This document shows positions 1 to 8,321 of a DNA stretch of 64,000 bases, in pieces (the stretch's first letter is position 1; the number at the start of each line of letters is the position of its first letter). The translations under genes were made by a program, and so were the position numbers. The DNA is from an uncultured Candidatus Micrarchaeota archaeon (GTDB lineage Archaea > Micrarchaeota > Micrarchaeia > Burarchaeales > Fermentimicrarchaeaceae): assembly GCA_963760615.1 (NCBI GenBank), contig CAVXDX010000007.1, positions 40,982 to 104,981 of the forward strand. The letters are read 5' to 3'. A model generated the notes under the pieces. It did no database searches, was not told the DNA's origin, and saw only the letters and a program-made list of their open reading frames with translations.

Positions 1-581
1 TTCTGGGAGCTGTACTGGGGATACAGGTCAAATGCAAACTGGTTGTTCGCAGCTACAACTCCGACTGCTTCAGAGACATTTGCAGGTATAACTGGGGTTG
101 GAGTCATGCACATCAGCCTGCTGCTGTCCCAGCACCTGCCCCCTCCGCATTCGCAGGCTACCACATCATGGCTGTTGTCCGGGGAGCAACCACAGGCCCC
201 AATCATGCATGTATTCGGGAAATCTGAAACTGACTTGCAACATGATTTCGTGGTGATATTCCCGAAAGAATTTACGCATCCTCTGGCCTTTGCCATTTGC
301 TCAGTCGCATTACACATTATTGAAGGCATGAGGCATTTCGGGGTGCGGTTATAGCATGCTGGGTTGCACACGTTCCCCTGCTGAACATAGCCCTGAGGGC
401 ATGTGCATGTGTTATTTGGGCATGGGGCAAATTCGCAGTTTGGACCAGTTCTGCCGACATAAGAGCCATCGGGGCATTGCTTAGCTTCCTGGGTGCATCC
501 CTGAGGTGGTTTTACCTGAGTGCATCCGGCAAGTAAAAACAAAGCAACAAGCAGCAGAATTGTGAGATTTTTTGTTCTCAT
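1..581 (-). CDS. Secreted lipoprotein with Cys-rich N-terminus followed by the start of a serpin domain (runs off the window edge)
   Basis: Not in the ORF track because there is no stop in the window. Hand translation from ATG 581 gives MRTKNLTILLLVALFLLAGC (lipobox), then CTQEAKQCPDGSYVGRTGPNCEFAPCP, 21 Cys in the first 158 aa, then GVVAANNQFAFDLY, which resembles serpin helix A. Open for 193 codons. Confidence 0.75.
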   Translation of the reverse strand, partial: MRTKNLTILLLVALFLLAGCTQVKPPQGCTQEAKQCPDGSYVGRTGPNCEFAPCPNNTCTCPQGYVQQGNVCNPACYNRTPKCLMPSIMCNATEQMAKARGCVNSFGNITTKSCCKSVSDFPNTCMIGACGCSPDNSHDVVACECGGGRCWDSSRLMCMTPTPVIPANVSEAVGVVAANNQFAFDLYPQYSSQ

Positions 582-666
582 ACTTGTAGTTTTATGAGAA
601 GAGCTATAAAAACATTTGGAATTTGTTCGGAGGTTTCAAAATTAAATTTGCTCTAGCAGAAGTATG

Positions 667-1563
667 CTAAGCAAGCCGGTATTTCCTGAGTCTTGCAACT
701 GCCTCTCCCCATGTTGGTATGTTAGTCTGAGCACCGTATTTTTCAACAATAAATGATGACACGGAAGAAGCAATCTTGGCGCACATTTTAAGCTCCTCCC
801 CCTTCAAAAAAGCTACTAGGAATGCTGCCCGGAAGGAATCGCCTGCTCCGGTGGGGTCAATGAGATTCGCCTTTACTATGGGGACATCAAAGCTACTTTC
901 CCTTGTCATAACTGAACTGCCCTTAGCACCATAGGTCACTATTATGTATTCAAGAGGGAATGAAAAAAGCTCATCCCTCTTTCTCATTTTTAGAAGTTGT
1001 AGTATCCTCTTTATCTCAAATTCGTTGCATGTGAGAAACTTTGCATTTTTCAGCACTATCTCAAGCTCTTCCCTTCGGTAGGCGTGTATGTCATAGCCTG
1101 GGTCAAAGGAAACTCCGGGATATTTTTTGGCAATCCTCGAAGTGAGGTAGGGGTTGCCGTTTGCCAGGTGAACGATATCGTTTTTGCCAATCTTCAACTC
1201 AGGCAAATGTGCCTTTGCAAGTAATTCTGCAACTCCCCAATAGAAGAATGATATCTGTCTGCCTCTTGAGTCGTTGAACATAAATGCCCTTGCAGTCTGG
1301 CCTCCCTTCACCAATTTCAGCTTTATGATGTCAACTCCTATTTCCTTGAGGTGCTTCTCATAGGCAGATCCCCTGAAATCCTCGCCAACAAATGAGACAA
1401 GAGAGGATTCATGGCCCAGTTTTGAGCATACGGCGCAGAAGTTTCCTGCAGCTCCTCCGAAAAGGTCAAAATAGCCAGTTATGTATGCATTCGAATTTGG
1501 ATTCGGAAATTTTTTGGTGTCACCGATGTAATCAAAAGCAACGTTACCTACAGCATATATCAT
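667..1563 (-). CDS. PfkB/ribokinase-family carbohydrate or nucleoside kinase
   Basis: FGGAAGN N-terminal PfkB motif and DPTGAGDSFRAAF C-terminal PfkB motif. Confidence 0.9.
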   Translation of the reverse strand: MIYAVGNVAFDYIGDTKKFPNPNSNAYITGYFDLFGGAAGNFCAVCSKLGHESSLVSFVGEDFRGSAYEKHLKEIGVDIIKLKLVKGGQTARAFMFNDSRGRQISFFYWGVAELLAKAHLPELKIGKNDIVHLANGNPYLTSRIAKKYPGVSFDPGYDIHAYRREELEIVLKNAKFLTCNEFEIKRILQLLKMRKRDELFSFPLEYIIVTYGAKGSSVMTRESSFDVPIVKANLIDPTGAGDSFRAAFLVAFLKGEELKMCAKIASSVSSFIVEKYGAQTNIPTWGEAVARLRKYRLA

Positions 1564-1928
1564 TCAATCACCTCAAACTCCAGCTTACCGCCATTCTGGT
1601 CGTACACGCCAATGCTGCTCTCATCGAATGGGTATGCAACTATTATATGGACACCACCAGTCCTTGAAAATGAGAGCAAATCACCAGCTGAAGGTCTAGA
1701 ACTTGGGTTTGGATGCGAATGCACGCTGCCAGCATATTTTATGGGGTAGGGTACCATGTAGTGGTCAAAGGATGAGAAGCCCTTGCCGTAAGTTGACCTT
1801 GGCAACAGCAGCACCTCGTAGATTTCCTTCCTCTTATTCTCCCTCAGAAGCCCTATGAACTCTCTGGGATAAATGTTCCTTGCCATATTTAGCATGAACT
1901 CCAGTGCTGTTTTTTTTATCTTTATCAT
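1560..1928 (-). CDS. JAMM/MPN+ (Mov34) metalloprotease
   Basis: E...HSHPNPSSRPSAGD fits the JAMM HxH-x7-S-x2-D motif; 122 aa. Confidence 0.88.
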   Translation of the reverse strand: MIKIKKTALEFMLNMARNIYPREFIGLLRENKRKEIYEVLLLPRSTYGKGFSSFDHYMVPYPIKYAGSVHSHPNPSSRPSAGDLLSFSRTGGVHIIVAYPFDESSIGVYDQNGGKLEFEVIE

Positions 1929-1980
1929 ACAACCATTAATAAATATTAAAAGGCGAGATATTTAAAGAAATAGTGATTCC

Positions 1981-3270
1981 ATGGGAATTCTGATAAGGAA
2001 TGTGGATGTGCTCACGCAGAACAGCAGAAGGGAGCTGCTTAGAGGAGTGGACATCCTGATTGAGAGGAATAGAATAGAAAAGATCGGGGAGAACATAAAA
2101 GAGAAGGCGGAGTTCAGAATTGACGGCAGGGGGAAGCTTGCAATTCCGGGCTTGATAAACACGCATACGCATCTCGCAATGACCTTATTCAGGGGGTATG
2201 CGGATGATGCCGTCTTCTGGGAGGCATGGCCAAAGAAGGTATGGCCAAGGGAGGCCAAGCTGAAGGCAGATGATGTTTACTGGGGCTCTCTTGTGGGATG
2301 CCTGGAGATGATTAGAAGCGGTACAACCTCTTTCGCCGATATGTATTTCTTCATGGATGAAACGGCAAGAGCAGTCAAAAAAGCAGGAATCAGAGCTAAT
2401 CTATCATATGGTATGATTGACTCCGGCGATGCAAAAAAAATGGAGAAAGAACTTAGAGTTGGGGAAAAGTTCGTAAGAGAGCACAACAAAACTGCTGACG
2501 GTAGAATCCAGTGTTCCTTTGGGCCTCACGCCCCGTATACCTGTTCTAGAAGTCTGCTGGAAAAGACTGCTGAACTTTCGGAAAAATACAATGTTATGAT
2601 TCAGATTCATTCATCTGAGACAAGGAAGGAGATTTTCGACTCAATCAAGCAATTCGGGAAGAGGCCTGTTGATTATCTTGATTCAATTAACTTCCTGAGC
2701 GAAAGGGTAATTGCAGCTCACTGCGTCTGGGTCACCAAAAGCGAGGTCAAGATTCTTGGTAAGAGGGAGGTCAAGGTATCCCACAACCCAGTGAGCAATA
2801 TGAAGCTTGCGGGGGGCGGAGTCCCACCCATACCTGAAATGATGGAGAGCGGGGTCTGCATAACCTTCGGGACTGACGGCCCGGTTTCAAACAACTCACT
2901 GGATATGATTGAAACAATGAAGGTTGGCGCGCTGCTCCAGAAGATGCATAGGTGGGATGCTAGGGTTTTGAATGCACAGCAGGCTTTTGATTTTGCAACA
3001 ATTAATGGAGCAAAGGCTCTTGGGATAGACTCAGGGAGTATCGAGGCTGGGAAGCTTGCGGATATAGTTCTTCTCAAGGTGAAATCGCCAAATCTTGTGC
3101 CATCCTACAGTTTAGTTTCTAATATAGTATATTCCTCCAACCCCAGCAATATTTCTGATGTTATAGTTGATGGGAAGCTGGTCATGAGCGAAGGCAGGAT
3201 TCAGATGATGGATGAGGAGAAGGTTTTGGAGAAGGCGGAGAAAGTTGCATCTGACCTTATGGGTAGATAG
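1981..3270 (+). CDS. Amidohydrolase, MTA/SAH/5'-deoxyadenosine deaminase family (MtaD/DadD-like)
   Basis: PGLINTHTH, GPHAPYT, IHSSET, AAHCVW and GTDG motifs; 429 aa. Confidence 0.88.
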   Translation: MGILIRNVDVLTQNSRRELLRGVDILIERNRIEKIGENIKEKAEFRIDGRGKLAIPGLINTHTHLAMTLFRGYADDAVFWEAWPKKVWPREAKLKADDVYWGSLVGCLEMIRSGTTSFADMYFFMDETARAVKKAGIRANLSYGMIDSGDAKKMEKELRVGEKFVREHNKTADGRIQCSFGPHAPYTCSRSLLEKTAELSEKYNVMIQIHSSETRKEIFDSIKQFGKRPVDYLDSINFLSERVIAAHCVWVTKSEVKILGKREVKVSHNPVSNMKLAGGGVPPIPEMMESGVCITFGTDGPVSNNSLDMIETMKVGALLQKMHRWDARVLNAQQAFDFATINGAKALGIDSGSIEAGKLADIVLLKVKSPNLVPSYSLVSNIVYSSNPSNISDVIVDGKLVMSEGRIQMMDEEKVLEKAEKVASDLMGR

Positions 3271-3271
3271 C

Positions 3272-3994
3272 ATGAGGAAATTCGCAGTTGTAGGCGGGAG
3301 CGGTTTCTACAGATTCATTGATGGGAGCAAGAAGGAGGTGGCAACACCCTACGGGAATGTGAGTATAATTCTCAACAGATTCGAGGGTGCGGAAATTGCA
3401 TTTCTTGCAAGGCATGGAGAGAAGCATGCAATTCCGCCGCACATGGTGAACCACAAGGCGAACATGTCTGCGCTGCACAGACTGGGTTATAAAAATATTT
3501 TTGCTATGAGCGCAAGCGGGATAATCTACGGCTATAAGCCTGGCGATTTGATACTGGTGAGGGATTTCATCGCTTTTCACCTTGGAGCAGTGACCTTCTT
3601 TGATAGCTTCGGCTTCGAGATCAAACATGTTGACATGGGCGAGCCATATTCAAATGAGTTGAACTCGATTTTGAAAAAAGCTGCAGAGCTGGAGAGGATT
3701 GGAATTAAGGATGGGGGGATAGTTGCAGCTACGGCAGGACCTAGGTTTGAGACAAAAAGCGAGATAAGCGCATTCAAGAAACTTGGGGCTAACCTAGTGA
3801 GCATGACTAATGCGCAGGAGTGCATTCTGGCAAATGAGCTTGGAATGAAATACGCGGCAGTTGCTATAGGGACAAATTACGCTGCAGGAATCAGTAAAAA
3901 GAAGCTGAGAATAGAGGAAGTTTTTGGGATGATGAAGAGGAAGAATGATGAGCTGAAAAGACTTTTCAAAAGAGCAGCTCTCACAAAACTTTAG
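3272..3994 (+). CDS. MTAP-family purine nucleoside phosphorylase (methylthioadenosine/methylthioinosine phosphorylase)
   Basis: MRKFAVVGGSG, FLARHG..H.IPPH.VN, GPRFET..E and VSMT..QE motifs. ATG at 3272 follows the deaminase stop; the ORF-track start at 3212 overlaps the upstream gene. Confidence 0.88.
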   Translation: MRKFAVVGGSGFYRFIDGSKKEVATPYGNVSIILNRFEGAEIAFLARHGEKHAIPPHMVNHKANMSALHRLGYKNIFAMSASGIIYGYKPGDLILVRDFIAFHLGAVTFFDSFGFEIKHVDMGEPYSNELNSILKKAAELERIGIKDGGIVAATAGPRFETKSEISAFKKLGANLVSMTNAQECILANELGMKYAAVAIGTNYAAGISKKKLRIEEVFGMMKRKNDELKRLFKRAALTKL

Positions 3995-4655
3995 ACGCAG
4001 TTGCATCCTTCACCTCAAGCGAGCCGGAGGTTCCTTTCCAGCTTATTTCCGAGCTTGCTATTTTTATTCTGTACTTAAAGAAAGGCGCGTTCAGGACCAT
4101 GGACTCATACTCTCCCCCTTCCCCGCTTAGGTTTATGCTGAATTTCTTTCCCAGATTTACCAAATCATCTATACATTTACTGTCAATGTTCCTCCCAAGC
4201 CAGTTCTTGTCGAAACCCTCTGCGGATACTGAAGTGAGGATAATTTCAAACCCTGCATCCAGCATCTCTCTGAGAAGCTGCTCCGGGTTTTTATGCCAGA
4301 GCGGGGAGAAGCTTCTAAGGTTGAGCTTCTCACACAGCATGTCTATCTTCTCCTTCTGGTACTCACTTGCAACAGCTCCTGTTATGACTGCATCAATTCT
4401 CAAATCTGACAGGACATCCTCCAGATCATCCAGCTCCACATCTTTTTTGCCGCTTGTTTTCTTCATAATGAGGGGAAGGTCCATGGCATCTGCCTGAAGT
4501 GGAGTCCACCTGACATTCGGATAGTGGAACATATAGGAGGAAGAAGATTCGGGGAGCATTGTCACAAGGGACACCACATCCCAGCCGTAGGAAAGAGCAA
4601 GCCATGCTGCGTATGTGCTATCTTTTCCACCGCTGAAAAGCACTGCAACTTTCAT
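3981..4655 (-). CDS. dph6: Diphthine--ammonia ligase (Dph6)
   Basis: LFSGGKDS PP-loop, SYMFH, GAVASEYQK and GEGGEYES motifs. Confidence 0.92.
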   Translation of the reverse strand: MKVAVLFSGGKDSTYAAWLALSYGWDVVSLVTMLPESSSSYMFHYPNVRWTPLQADAMDLPLIMKKTSGKKDVELDDLEDVLSDLRIDAVITGAVASEYQKEKIDMLCEKLNLRSFSPLWHKNPEQLLREMLDAGFEIILTSVSAEGFDKNWLGRNIDSKCIDDLVNLGKKFSINLSGEGGEYESMVLNAPFFKYRIKIASSEISWKGTSGSLEVKDATASKVL

Positions 4656-4663
4656 TGGAATAC

Positions 4664-5092
4664 CTACAGCTTAACAAGCTTCATCATTTTCGTAATTAGA
4701 ACTGAGGATTTGTGCTCTTGGGGGTTGAAGCTCTTTTTTATTCTGACAACCCTTGCGCTCATCCCCATCTCCTTAAGCTTTTTCTTGAGGAACTTCTCAT
4801 CCTCTCTCTGGTCGTATCCCAGGGCAATTACTGAAGGTTTAATTTTCCTTATGATTTCATACCTGCCTCCTGTGCCCCCAAGCACTGCAGAATCTACAAA
4901 CTTGAGGGATTCCACAAGTTTTCTTCTAGACTCCTCATCAAGGACAGGCTCCCTTTTCTTCAGCTTTCTTATTGTGGAGTCTCTTGCAACCACAACGATG
5001 AGCTTGTCGCCCAGCTTCCTAGCATGTTTCAGGTAGGTGTAATGACCCATGTGCAGGATGTCGAAACAGCCGAATGCAAGGACTTTTTTCAT
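4664..5092 (-). CDS. ribL: Archaeal FAD synthetase (cytidylyltransferase family)
   Basis: FGCFDILHMGH (HxGH), VVVARD and ALGYDQ motifs; 142 aa. Confidence 0.8.
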   Translation of the reverse strand: MKKVLAFGCFDILHMGHYTYLKHARKLGDKLIVVVARDSTIRKLKKREPVLDEESRRKLVESLKFVDSAVLGGTGGRYEIIRKIKPSVIALGYDQREDEKFLKKKLKEMGMSARVVRIKKSFNPQEHKSSVLITKMMKLVKL

Positions 5093-5809
5093 CTAAGTCA
5101 CCTTCTCATATCTTCCGACTAATGTTCCGCTAGCTGTGATAGAGCTCCCGTTTACTAGGTCTGTGTATTCTACATAAAGTTTAAAGCAGTAGGTGGTCCC
5201 TAGTGATGTATCAACAGGTATTGAACCGTCCTTATCCGTGCAGTATAATTTGTTTTTAGTGCTGAGACCAGTAACATCAGCGAGATAATGAGATTGCAGC
5301 ATTACGGGTTGCTGTAGTTGTCCATCAAAGCTTTGTTGACTGCCTGCCTCATCTACTGAATCTATCCTAACGCATTTTATTCTATTTATCTGTATATCGT
5401 GTTCTAAACCATTCCCAAGCCTCAAATCAAGTTCTGAAGTTCCTGAATTTAACCGATACGCAACACACGATAGACCGTTTGTTAAGTAGCACTGTCCTAG
5501 GTTAGGGCAATTGACAACACCCATAGAGGCATATATAAAAAAGAATATGGAAATGAGCAAAAGAACTGATATTATCATCCTTGTAGTTTTGTCTATATGT
5601 GGTTTGATTATTACCGATATCCCAATTATCAGTACAAGTAAAGTTAGGATTATTGTTTTTTGGATTGCATGGGAGGGTTTTGCACAGGGTATTGCACAAA
5701 TTTCGTTAGGTGATCTAGTTTCTAGATAGTACCACCAGAAAACTACTAATAGTGCTATCAAAAGCACTACTCTCAAAATCCAGAGTAAATTCAATCTATT
5801 TTTCTTCAT
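5093..5809 (-). CDS. 3-TM membrane protein with a Cys-containing extracellular (pilin-like) C-terminal domain; paralog of 22092..22790
   Basis: Start at MKKNR (5809), because the ORF-track extension overlaps asnS. Three hydrophobic segments, a CAIPC loop, and a C-terminal CYLTNGLSC...YVEYTD...GTLVGRYE domain. AT-rich: 18/60 GC in line 5581. Confidence 0.7.
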   Translation of the reverse strand: MKKNRLNLLWILRVVLLIALLVVFWWYYLETRSPNEICAIPCAKPSHAIQKTIILTLLVLIIGISVIIKPHIDKTTRMIISVLLLISIFFFIYASMGVVNCPNLGQCYLTNGLSCVAYRLNSGTSELDLRLGNGLEHDIQINRIKCVRIDSVDEAGSQQSFDGQLQQPVMLQSHYLADVTGLSTKNKLYCTDKDGSIPVDTSLGTTYCFKLYVEYTDLVNGSSITASGTLVGRYEKVT

Positions 5810-5817
5810 TCCCACAC

Positions 5818-7116
5818 CTATGGGTATACTCTGTTTATCGTCCTTGGGAATGGAATTGCATCCCTGATGTGATCGAGGTTGAGAACCCATTTCAGCATTC
5901 TTTCAATTCCCAGGCCGAAGCCTGAATGCGGCACTGAGCCGTATTTCCTCAAATCAATGTACCACTGGTAGCTCTTTGTATCCAGCTTCTCTTCCTTTAT
6001 CCTCTTCATGAGCTCATCGTACTCCCATATTCTCTCAGAACCGCCCACAAGTTCTCCATGCCCATGAGGAGCCTGCATGTCTGCATTCAAAACAGTTTCA
6101 GGGTTCTCAGGGTTGATTTTCATGTAGAAAGCCCTTCCCTCTTTGGGATAGTTGTAGATGAATATTGGCTTTTCTACATCTGCAGTTAGAATCTCCTCAT
6201 CCTCTGTTCCGAAGTCATCTCCCCATTTCTTTTTCACTCCTTTCTTAGCAAGGAAGTCAATTGCATCGTCATAGCTCACTCTTTTGAATGGGGGTGAAAC
6301 CTTTGCAAGTGTCTCTGGCTTAACCTTGAAGAATTCCAGCAAGTCTGCATGGTTCTTTGCAAGCTTCTGGCATGCGTAGGAAACAAGCTCCTCCTGCAAC
6401 TTCATGTTGTCTTCATTATAGTAGAATGCCTCCTCCGCCTCAAGATGCCAGTACTCTGCAAGATGCTTGACTGTTCTGCTCTTCTCCGCTCTGAAGGAAG
6501 GGGCAAGCACGAATATCTTCTCAAGCGCTGTTATGAAAACCTCATTGTACAACTGGGCACTCTGAGTAAGATATGCAACATCGTCAAAATATTTGAATTC
6601 AAAGAGAGTTGAGCCTCCCTCGCAGCCTGCTTGGGTTATTATAGGAGGTGCAACCTCCCAGAAGTCATGGGAGTAGAAGTATTCCCTCAAATAACCGATG
6701 AGGTGCTGCCTCACCTTCATTACATTTGTAAGCTTCTGGGAGCGCAGCCAGAGGTGCCTCAAATCAAGCAATAATTCAGTGCTCTGGTGCTCAGTGATCG
6801 GGAAAGGCTCTGAGAAGCTTATCACTGAGAAATCGTTCACCTGGAGCTCATACCCCTCAGGAGCCCGCTTGTCTTCCTTCACAACTCCTTTTGCTGTGAC
6901 TGCGGATTCCAGTAGAGCTTTGTCTGCATTTTCGTATGCTTTCCCAGAAACATTCTCTTTCTTGATTGCAATTTGCATTATCCCGGTTGAATCTCTTAGG
7001 ACAAGGAACTGCACTCCTCCACTGGATCTCTTCCTGTGAATCCAGCCTCTGAGATTGACCTCCTTTCCAGTGTATTTTCCTGAGAATACTTTTCCAATCT
7101 GAGTGAATTCAGGCAT
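5818..7116 (-). CDS. asnS: Asparagine--tRNA ligase
   Basis: OB-fold GWIHRKR, RHLWLRS, FRAEKSRT.KHL.EYW and YGSVPHSGFGLGIER motifs. GGTGA SD precedes ATG 7116. Confidence 0.93.
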   Translation of the reverse strand: MPEFTQIGKVFSGKYTGKEVNLRGWIHRKRSSGGVQFLVLRDSTGIMQIAIKKENVSGKAYENADKALLESAVTAKGVVKEDKRAPEGYELQVNDFSVISFSEPFPITEHQSTELLLDLRHLWLRSQKLTNVMKVRQHLIGYLREYFYSHDFWEVAPPIITQAGCEGGSTLFEFKYFDDVAYLTQSAQLYNEVFITALEKIFVLAPSFRAEKSRTVKHLAEYWHLEAEEAFYYNEDNMKLQEELVSYACQKLAKNHADLLEFFKVKPETLAKVSPPFKRVSYDDAIDFLAKKGVKKKWGDDFGTEDEEILTADVEKPIFIYNYPKEGRAFYMKINPENPETVLNADMQAPHGHGELVGGSERIWEYDELMKRIKEEKLDTKSYQWYIDLRKYGSVPHSGFGLGIERMLKWVLNLDHIRDAIPFPRTINRVYP

Positions 7117-8311
7117 ACGGATCACCTATGTTTTCAATTGCAGATTTTATTGCCTCCTCAAGCTTTTCTGTCTTTCCTGCACCGCTCACGAAATACTCCT
7201 TCCCTCCCCATTTCCCTTCCATAATTCCAAATGCTTTTTCTGCAATCGATTTTAAGTCAATACTCATTTCTTGGTTTTTGGCCATGAGGAGGAAACCCTT
7301 CTCACCCTTGTTGCCAAATATAACTAATGCATTCTCCTCTTTTATTAATTCTCCTGCCTTTTCCATGAGTTTTTTGCTGTCAGTACCTGAGAAAACTTTT
7401 GAGTATATCTTCATCCCTCCTTTCTGGATGGGTTCGATTCTGCTGAGCAGCTCCTCATTCAGCTCTTTGAGCTGCTCCTGCATCATTATGTTCTCGGCTT
7501 TTAGCTTCTCCGCTGTTTTCTCAAGCAGTTCGGGGTGGGTCTGCAGAATAGAGCAGGTGTTCATAGTTATTTTTTTCATCTCAAGCAGGAAATCTTTTGC
7601 TTTTTCGCCAAATTCAAACTCCAAAGTATACTCGTTTCCTTCTCTCGTAAGGCGTGTGAGGGTGAGGAAGCCTATCTCATTCGTATTGACAACATGGATT
7701 CCGGAACAGGCGGACTTGTCAAACCCCTCAATCTCAACAACTCTCACCTCATTTCCTTTTATCCTGTCAAGCTTCACCCTGAAATCCCCCTTCCCAGCCT
7801 CCTCTTTCTTCACCCAGCGGACTACAACTCGTCTGCCTTCCTTAATAACCTGGTTTGCAAGCTTCTCGGCCTCGGCAATTCTTGTAAAATCGAGGGGCTC
7901 GGGACTTCTTATGAAAAGCGCATGCCTTCCAACATCAATATTGTCCTTCACAACATAGAGATTTGGGAAAAGCCTTGAGAGGCACTGGAAGAACATATGC
8001 TGAGCGGTATGTGCCCTCATGAGTTCATATCTTCTCCCCCAGTCAAGCTTGCACTGAACCTCTTCCCCAGGCTCTATTTTCCCTTCAAGCATGCATACAT
8101 GGATGACCGACCCTTTCTCCAGCCTCGTTTCAACAACCTTTGCAGTTCCTTTCTTCCCAACAATAATTCCAGTATCAAAACTCTGTCCTCCACCACCTGG
8201 GAAGAAGGCTGTCCTCTCAAGAATAATCAACGCATGGGAGTTGGAGTAGGAAATGGAATTAACTCTAGAAGTGAAGGATTTGAGGTAAGGCTCCTCGTAA
8301 TACAGCTCCAT
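7109..8311 (-). CDS. alaX: Alanyl-tRNA editing protein AlaX with C-terminal DHHA1 domain (AlaX-L type)
   Basis: LYYEEPY, FFPGGGGQ..DTG, RAHTAQH (HxxxH), CSGIH (CxxxH) and C-terminal GKWGGK. Confidence 0.85.
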   Translation of the reverse strand: MELYYEEPYLKSFTSRVNSISYSNSHALIILERTAFFPGGGGQSFDTGIIVGKKGTAKVVETRLEKGSVIHVCMLEGKIEPGEEVQCKLDWGRRYELMRAHTAQHMFFQCLSRLFPNLYVVKDNIDVGRHALFIRSPEPLDFTRIAEAEKLANQVIKEGRRVVVRWVKKEEAGKGDFRVKLDRIKGNEVRVVEIEGFDKSACSGIHVVNTNEIGFLTLTRLTREGNEYTLEFEFGEKAKDFLLEMKKITMNTCSILQTHPELLEKTAEKLKAENIMMQEQLKELNEELLSRIEPIQKGGMKIYSKVFSGTDSKKLMEKAGELIKEENALVIFGNKGEKGFLLMAKNQEMSIDLKSIAEKAFGIMEGKWGGKEYFVSGAGKTEKLEEAIKSAIENIGDPYA

Positions 8312-8321
8312 GTTCTCCTTC

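Noticed and set aside
43-354. 103-aa plus-strand ORF in the ORF track
   Set aside because: It is antisense to the Cys-rich lipoprotein/serpin frame, which has a signal peptide and recognisable motifs.
5810-5890. ORF-track N-terminal extensions (also 3212, 23889, 25863, 28555, 32090, 37571, 44242, 51087, 56517)
   Set aside because: They overlap neighbouring genes or promoters. Downstream starts match family N-termini and SD positions better.
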